From positions 1 through 31,677 of IMG/VR virus record IMGVR_UViG_3300037465_000070: a DNA stretch of 31,677 nucleotides; one strand, given 5' to 3'. Under the pieces are notes generated by a model that did not search any database, was not told where the DNA came from, and worked only from the letters and a program-made list of their open reading frames with translations. Below, one piece after another: positions 27,138-31,677 of this stretch. Position 1 is the stretch's first letter; every line of letters starts with the position of its first letter. Made by a program: the position numbers and the translations under genes. Source of the stretch: a virus (taxonomy: Duplodnaviria; Caudoviricetes).

Positions 27138-28017
27138 GTTCCGCGCGGCCCTTACCGCCTCCATCGAGGAGACCAAGACCAAGAAGGAACGGGAGCGGGA
27201 CCTTCAAGAGGCGATAGCCCAGGCAGAGCGCGCAGGCTACGTCGTTCACAAGCCCAGGCCGCCCGAGCAAGAGACCACAACGCTGGACCTGTCACACTTG
27301 ACCGGTAGCGACCGCCTCAAACTGGGGATCGTGAGCTGTACTCACTTCGGCTCCAAGCACCAGCAGATCACCGCGCTGAGAGAGTTCGCCCGATACGCTG
27401 AGAAGGCCAAAGTGGATGCCTTCATCCATGCGGGGGACGTGCAGGATGGGCCTCACAAGCGCCTCAGACACCCGCACGAGGTCTTCAAGCATGACTATAA
27501 CGCGATGCTGGATTACTGCGTGGAGGCCCTGCCCCGTACCCGCAAGCCCTGGTACATCATCGGGGGGAATCACGATCGTTGGTGGATAGACGACGGAGGG
27601 CCGAACATCATCAAGGCCCTATGCGAGCGCCGAGATGATGCGATCTACCTGGGTCAAGACCTCGGCTACCTGAACTTCAGGGACACCATCATCGAGGTAT
27701 TCCACTACGACTCAGGCACGGCCTACGCCTACTCCTACAAGGTGCAGCGGCACATCGAGTCACTTGATGCAGCGCGCAAGCCGCACGTGGCGTTGGTCGG
27801 CAACTTTCATAAGTTCTGCGCCCTGTACTACCGCAACGTGTTCGCTGTCCAGCTCCCCGCCTTTCAGGCTCAGACCCCCTGGATGGCGGCCAAGTCCCTC
27901 GTCTCAGAGGTCGCCGGTGTCATCCTCGACATCGGGCTGCATCCCAAGGGTCTGGCTCCCACGACACGCCTGGAGGTCGTACACACCTTCGAGCCGCGTG
28001 AGGATGACTGGCCATGA
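27130..28017 (+). CDS. Calcineurin-like metallophosphoesterase with variant metal ligands
   Basis: GIVSCTHFGS, HAGDVQDG, IGGNHD, FH...AYAYSYKVQRHIES and VGNFHK match the five motifs, with D to C in motif I and H to N in motif V. Confidence 0.85.
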   Translation: MDEFRAALTASIEETKTKKERERDLQEAIAQAERAGYVVHKPRPPEQETTTLDLSHLTGSDRLKLGIVSCTHFGSKHQQITALREFARYAEKAKVDAFIHAGDVQDGPHKRLRHPHEVFKHDYNAMLDYCVEALPRTRKPWYIIGGNHDRWWIDDGGPNIIKALCERRDDAIYLGQDLGYLNFRDTIIEVFHYDSGTAYAYSYKVQRHIESLDAARKPHVALVGNFHKFCALYYRNVFAVQLPAFQAQTPWMAAKSLVSEVAGVILDIGLHPKGLAPTTRLEVVHTFEPREDDWP

Positions 28018-28052
28018 GGATCCACCTGGCCGGACCGATGAGCGGTCTATAG
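28014..28052 (+). pseudogene. 12-codon remnant of a DUF4406-like gene
   Basis: ATGA-coupled MRIHLAGPMSGL* matches the MxIYLAGPMTGL N-terminus of DUF4406 proteins, then stops. Confidence 0.55.
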
Positions 28053-28110
28053 GCCCGCCAGTCTTTGCCCAACCCCGACAAGATGCCCCCAAGATTATGA
28101 GCCGGTGGAC

Positions 28111-28139
28111 TTGACGTCCTTGAATTCAGGAGGTATACA
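28111..28139 (+). promoter_or_regulatory. Sigma70/SigA-type early promoter with near-palindromic spacer
   Basis: TTGACG 28111-28116, 17-bp spacer, TATACA 28134-28139; spacer contains TCCTTGAATTCAGGA; downstream RBS AAGGAGG. Confidence 0.55.
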
Positions 28140-28169
28140 GGCGTATCCGCGACGAAGGAGGTAGGGAAC

Positions 28170-28424
28170 ATGGCAGCGACAGAGCCGCAGGACCCGCAGG
28201 CCGTCGGTTCACCTGGGCCTCCTTCGTCGGAGCCGGGTCCTGCTGGGGAGGGTGGCGTGTTTGGCACGGCCACCCTCCCCGCATCTTACGTGTTTGAGCT
28301 ACCCGGGGTTAGCCAGGAGTACGCTTCGGCGCTCGTGTGGATCAGCGCCGCAGGCAAGGCTACCCTGTCGTTCGCTCCCAAGTACGGAGCCTGGGGAGAG
28401 CCGATATGGGGAGAGCGAGCCTAA
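28170..28424 (+). CDS. Hypothetical early protein (84 aa)
   Basis: RBS GAAGGAGG; first gene after the putative early promoter. Confidence 0.6.
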   Translation: MAATEPQDPQAVGSPGPPSSEPGPAGEGGVFGTATLPASYVFELPGVSQEYASALVWISAAGKATLSFAPKYGAWGEPIWGERA

Positions 28425-28456
28425 CCAAGGTCAGCAAGCGGGAAGGAGGTCGCAGC

Positions 28457-28651
28457 ATGACCGAGGACACTCGCCCTATCTGTGAATGCTGCCGCCAGCG
28501 CCCTGCAGATGTCATGGACACCTTCTCTGATGGGCCGTACGTCTACGTCTGCTGTATGTGCCTGAACGATGGCAGGGCGGTGCGGCGGGATAGCGGCGCG
28601 CCGTTGGCGGGCCGCGCGCCTGCCGTATATGAGGAACCGGAGGTGGTTTGA
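28457..28651 (+). CDS. Zn-finger microprotein (64 aa)
   Basis: RBS GGAAGGAGG; MTEDTRPICECC...VCCMCL. Confidence 0.7.
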   Translation: MTEDTRPICECCRQRPADVMDTFSDGPYVYVCCMCLNDGRAVRRDSGAPLAGRAPAVYEEPEVV

Positions 28652-28812
28652 TGCTGCCCCCTGAGTTTACCGAGTGGGATTCATGGCGCGAGGCCGATGA
28701 GAGCAGCGAGGCCGAGTCCGTGCAGGATTGCTCCGAGGCGGGCCATGAGATCACCCCTAGCTACGAGTGCCGCAAGTGCGGGGCAACGTTCTGGTCGGCG
28801 GGGTCAGAGTGA
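28651..28812 (+). CDS. Zn-finger microprotein (53 aa)
   Basis: Not in the ORF track. TGATG coupling and GGAGG; MLPPEFTEWDSWREADESSEAESVQDCSEAGHEITPSYECRKCGATFWSAGSE. Confidence 0.65.
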   Translation: MLPPEFTEWDSWREADESSEAESVQDCSEAGHEITPSYECRKCGATFWSAGSE

Positions 28813-29117
28813 TGGCACGTATCGAATGCTGTGAGCCTTACTACCCTGGAGGTCCCCGGCCTTATCACTCGCAGTTCTGCGCCTCATCACGGGGCAGGAA
28901 ACTGACAGATGAGCAGTGGGCTGCGTGGCGCGAGGCGATGAGAGAAGAGAAGGGCCTTCCCGGCCTTGCCCGGCCATCGAGAGGTGCGGGCAAGCGCCCC
29001 GCCCGCCGGGTGCCAGCATCTCCCAGGAAGCGCGGTGGGCGGCGGCTCTGCGTCGGCTATCGGGACACCTGTCCGTGGGGCGGGTGTCACTTCTGTTTGG
29101 GCATCGAGGAGGTGTAA
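28812..29117 (+). CDS. Cys-rich basic protein (101 aa)
   Basis: TGATG coupling; CC...H...C at the N-terminus and C...C...CHFC at the C-terminus flanking an Arg-rich linker. Confidence 0.65.
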   Translation: MARIECCEPYYPGGPRPYHSQFCASSRGRKLTDEQWAAWREAMREEKGLPGLARPSRGAGKRPARRVPASPRKRGGRRLCVGYRDTCPWGGCHFCLGIEEV

Positions 29118-29118
29118 G

Positions 29119-29238
29119 ATGGACCTGTCTCAGGTAGAGCAGACAGCGCGGCAGATCCTCATCTCCGCACTGGCCGGGGTCGGCCTCGTCTATCTAGCCG
29201 TGCTCGGACTATCGCTCATCCGCCGATGGAGGCACTGA
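29119..29238 (+). CDS. Single-TM membrane microprotein (39 aa)
   Basis: RBS GAGGAGG; MDLSQVEQTARQILISALAGVGLVYLAVLGLSLIRRWRH. Confidence 0.65.
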   Translation: MDLSQVEQTARQILISALAGVGLVYLAVLGLSLIRRWRH

Positions 29239-29792
29239 TGGCTTTCGCGGCAGACTACATCGAGGTCGCCGAGCGCATAGCCGAGTGGTACCGCCGATGG
29301 CCCCAGGGCCGCATCACCTGCGAGGTAGTGGAACTCACCGATTCTCGCGTCACCGTTAGGGCTGCGGCTTACCGCACGCAGGACCCTGCGGAGCCACCGT
29401 CGGGGGTCGGCCACTCCTACCTCGCGATCCCTGGCACGACCCCGTTCACGCACGGGGCCGAACTAGAGAACGCCGAAACGAGCGCGGCAGGCCGTGCTCT
29501 GGTCATGGCGGGGATACCCGCCAAGAGCGTGGCGTCTGCCCATGAGATCAGGACTAAAGAAGCGTCCCGCCCATCACCTAAGAGAGTAGCTGGGAAGGAT
29601 GGGGGTCAGCGGGACGGGTCGCAGGACCCGGCCTCCGGCATGGGGAAGGTCGAGGCCGGGGACTGCGATCACTCGGATGGGCTCTCATCGACCCTGACCA
29701 ACCTCAAACCGGACGGCATCACCGAACTTCCTCGTGCCCACCTGCGTTGCACCGCATGCGGGCAAGTGAGAAGGGCGGAGGCTTGGCAATGA
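29238..29792 (+). CDS. ssDNA-annealing protein (Rad52/Sak-like fold) with C-terminal Zn finger
   Basis: DYIEVAERI...WPQGRI.CE...ENAETSAAGRAL signature of actinophage SSAPs; CDH...CTAC at the C-terminus; GGAGG before ATG 29238. Confidence 0.75.
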   Translation: MAFAADYIEVAERIAEWYRRWPQGRITCEVVELTDSRVTVRAAAYRTQDPAEPPSGVGHSYLAIPGTTPFTHGAELENAETSAAGRALVMAGIPAKSVASAHEIRTKEASRPSPKRVAGKDGGQRDGSQDPASGMGKVEAGDCDHSDGLSSTLTNLKPDGITELPRAHLRCTACGQVRRAEAWQ

Positions 29793-30145
29793 CCAAGGCA
29801 GAAGCCATCAGTGTCGTCGCCTTCCTGGGCGACTTCTTCCGCGCCGACATACCCGATGAGACCGCACTGGTGTGGGCCGCATCGCTCGAACGCTACCGAT
29901 TGGAGGATGCGAAGGCGGCGGTGGAGACCCTGGGTAGAGGTTTGAGGCTGATGCCCTCGCTGAGGGAGTTAGAGGACGCCATCAAGGACATCATCATGCG
30001 CCGTCGGGAGTCGCAGACCCCGACCGAGGGGGAAGGACCCTACATCAGCTTCCGCGAGTTCCTTGAAGGGTTCGCCGACGATCGAACGCGAGAGCGCGCG
30101 AGGTCCGTGATGCCTCGCTACTTCCGCCAGTTGGAGGGGCTATGA
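29789..30145 (+). CDS. Helicase loader/inhibitor, SPP1 G39P-like (118 aa)
   Basis: MTKAEA...VWAASLERY...AKAAVE...MPSLREL pattern; ATGA coupling; GGAGG RBS. Confidence 0.7.
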   Translation: MTKAEAISVVAFLGDFFRADIPDETALVWAASLERYRLEDAKAAVETLGRGLRLMPSLRELEDAIKDIIMRRRESQTPTEGEGPYISFREFLEGFADDRTRERARSVMPRYFRQLEGL

Positions 30146-30234
30146 GCCCGCTTCACTCCTGGCTGCTGTGGCTCGGCCTGTGGGCTGCCTGTTGGCTGTT
30201 CGCGCTGTGGGTGACGAGGAGGATGGGTCGATGA
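30142..30234 (+). CDS. Trp-rich single-TM microprotein (30 aa)
   Basis: Not in the ORF track. ATGA overlaps at both ends; GGAGG RBS; MSPLHSWLLWLGLWAACWLFALWVTRRMGR. Confidence 0.6.
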   Translation: MSPLHSWLLWLGLWAACWLFALWVTRRMGR

Positions 30235-30392
30235 TGCTGACCAAAGCTGTATGGGAGGTCAAGCTGGACTGTGGCCACGTCACGGGAGCCAGAGGCACCG
30301 TCCCCAAGGGCGCCGATACCGGGCGTCCCTGGTACTGCCCGACGTGCCGCGCAGATCGCACCATCACGCGGTACGCAGCACGGAGCATGTAG
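30231..30392 (+). CDS. Zinc-ribbon microprotein (53 aa)
   Basis: RBS GAGGAGG; LDCGH...WYCPTC. Confidence 0.65.
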   Translation: MMLTKAVWEVKLDCGHVTGARGTVPKGADTGRPWYCPTCRADRTITRYAARSM

Positions 30393-30396
30393 CGGC

Positions 30397-31071
30397 GTGA
30401 GCTGGACGAAGCTCGACGACGGATTCGTGCGACACCCGAAGGTGATAGGCCTGTCAGATCGAGCCTTTCGTCTACACATCGAGGCCCTGTGTCTTTGCTC
30501 CGAGCACCTGACGGACGGCATCTTGCCGACTGCATGGGTGAGGCGGCAGCCGCAAGGGCCGGTGCGCGAACTGGTGGAAGCAGGGCTTTGGAGCGATAGC
30601 CCTTGGTCGGTCCACGACTATCTGTCGTACAACCCGAGTCGCGCCGACATCGAAGGTTCGCGAGAACAGGCGCGAGAACGTATGCGCGATGTTCGCGCGA
30701 ACCCGGAGGAGAACGCAAACCGAATGTTCGACATCGGTTCGCCTGCCCAACCCCTTAGAACCTCTACACGTTCGCTCGATGAGAGCGCTGAGTTCGTCGC
30801 TTTCTACAGCGCCTATCCTCGCAAGATAGGCCGCCGCACAGCGCATCTCGCCTTTGAGCGTGCGCTTCTCCGGACCTCGGCGAAAGAGATTATCCAGGGC
30901 GCCCAGCGCCTCGCGACCGACCCGAATCTGCCCGAGGAACGCTTCATCCCGCATCCAACCACGTGGCTCAATCGCGATGGTTGGCTGGACGGTCCCTTGG
31001 CTCCAGAAAGGATCTCCTCGACGCGCCGACTGATGCGCCTAGCAGAGACGTTAGAGGAGACCGAGGGATGA
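30397..31071 (+). CDS. Phage replication initiator protein (224 aa)
   Basis: GTG start after GGAG. N-terminal SWTKLDDGFVRHPKV...LTDG...LVEAGLW...VHDYLSYNPSR winged-helix signature; C-terminal FYSAYPRKIG...FIPHPTTWLNRDGWLD. Confidence 0.82.
   Translation: MSWTKLDDGFVRHPKVIGLSDRAFRLHIEALCLCSEHLTDGILPTAWVRRQPQGPVRELVEAGLWSDSPWSVHDYLSYNPSRADIEGSREQARERMRDVRANPEENANRMFDIGSPAQPLRTSTRSLDESAEFVAFYSAYPRKIGRRTAHLAFERALLRTSAKEIIQGAQRLATDPNLPEERFIPHPTTWLNRDGWLDGPLAPERISSTRRLMRLAETLEETEG
30656..30796. other. Iteron-like repeats inside the initiator gene (candidate replication origin)
   Basis: GTTCG at 30656, 30691, 30726, 30737, 30770 and 30792; perfect palindrome GTTCGCGCGAAC 30691-30702; CGCGAGAAC at 30659 and 30671. 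Confidence 0.5.
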
Positions 31072-31277
31072 GTCTGCCACCGCTGCGGCACTACTGGACG
31101 ATCAGGGCGGTAGCTCTGTGCGGGGACCCCATCTCCGAGGCCGACCAGGATTGGCGCGATCCGGCCGATCTCCCCCGTCACACCGTCCGGTGCTACCTGT
31201 GCGGAGAGGTGGATGACCTGCGTCCTGTCAGGAGCGTGAAGCCGTGGCGTTTCATCTGTGCCAGGGGGTGCGGATGA
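31068..31277 (+). CDS. Zn-finger microprotein (69 aa)
   Basis: ATGA coupling; RCYLCG...ICARGC. Confidence 0.6.
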   Translation: MSLPPLRHYWTIRAVALCGDPISEADQDWRDPADLPRHTVRCYLCGEVDDLRPVRSVKPWRFICARGCG

Positions 31278-31677
31278 ACCCGTCATCCTACTTCGGCTAC
31301 TGCCCATGTGACCAGTCCACCTGTCATAACGCCTTGGGTGTGGGTACCAGGCTCACACGGCATGGCCACCTGGTAGGCTGCCGTTGCCACTCATGCGTGG
31401 GCAGGCGCAACAAACGCAAGGGGCAAGCGGCTCAGGCCAGGACGCACCGGGCGCTCGGCGGTGAAGGCGTCACGCCCTCGAACGAGGAGAGCGGGATCTT
31501 CTACGCCCTGACCGTCAGGCCTGAGGTCAAGGCGGGCGCGCAGGTACCCCGGTCGTTCGCCAGGTTCATCGGCTCTGAGTGGTTCCGCAAGGCGCTGGCT
31601 CAATCGGAGCGGGCCATCCCCTCGGGGGTGGACGCCTCCCCGGCGGTCTCGCTAGACGGGAAGTGGTTGGTGGTGAA
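31274..31677 (+). CDS. Partial Holliday-junction-resolvase-like PD-(D/E)xK nuclease with N-terminal Cys/His cluster
   Basis: Not in the ORF track (no stop in window). ATGA coupling; MNPSSYFGYCPCDQSTC...HLVGCRCHSCVGRRNKRKG...NEES...EVKAGAQ. Confidence 0.55.
   Translation, partial: MNPSSYFGYCPCDQSTCHNALGVGTRLTRHGHLVGCRCHSCVGRRNKRKGQAAQARTHRALGGEGVTPSNEESGIFYALTVRPEVKAGAQVPRSFARFIGSEWFRKALAQSERAIPSGVDASPAVSLDGKWLVV

Noticed and set aside
30656-30741. LexA SOS box (CGAAC-N4-GTTCG)
   Set aside because: Half-sites are present but not in the required orientation and spacing, and they are intragenic; iterons fit better.
1050-31603. Numerous long minus-strand and alternate-frame ORFs in the track
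   Set aside because: They shadow well-supported + strand genes, as expected in high-GC DNA, and show no family motifs.

Overview
The window is most of a high-GC (about 65%) tailed dsDNA phage genome with podovirus-type architecture; essentially all credible genes are on the + strand. Order: G-rich then C-rich non-coding left region; terminase (apparent HTH/TerS-TerL fusion); portal; small head proteins; a 2219-aa putative ejection protein plus two partners; a repeat-rich fibre; scaffold; HK97-type major capsid protein; accessory head proteins; adaptor and nozzle-like tail proteins; lectin-like tail protein; M15-type endolysin and two holin-like genes; HTH plus variant metallophosphoesterase; then an early/replication block (Cys-rich microproteins, ssDNA-annealing protein, G39P-like helicase loader, replication initiator, partial resolvase-like gene). 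Family signatures suggest an actinobacterial or related Gram-positive-type host (inference). I saw no integrase, DNA polymerase, tRNA or CRISPR array. The strongest unexplained signal is a five-copy motif, CCCTTGAC-N9-NNN(A/G)T, in front of the terminase, portal, scaffold/capsid and lysis modules. It looks like a non-canonical, short-spaced late promoter giving leaderless mRNAs. All calls come from motif recognition by eye; no database search was run.
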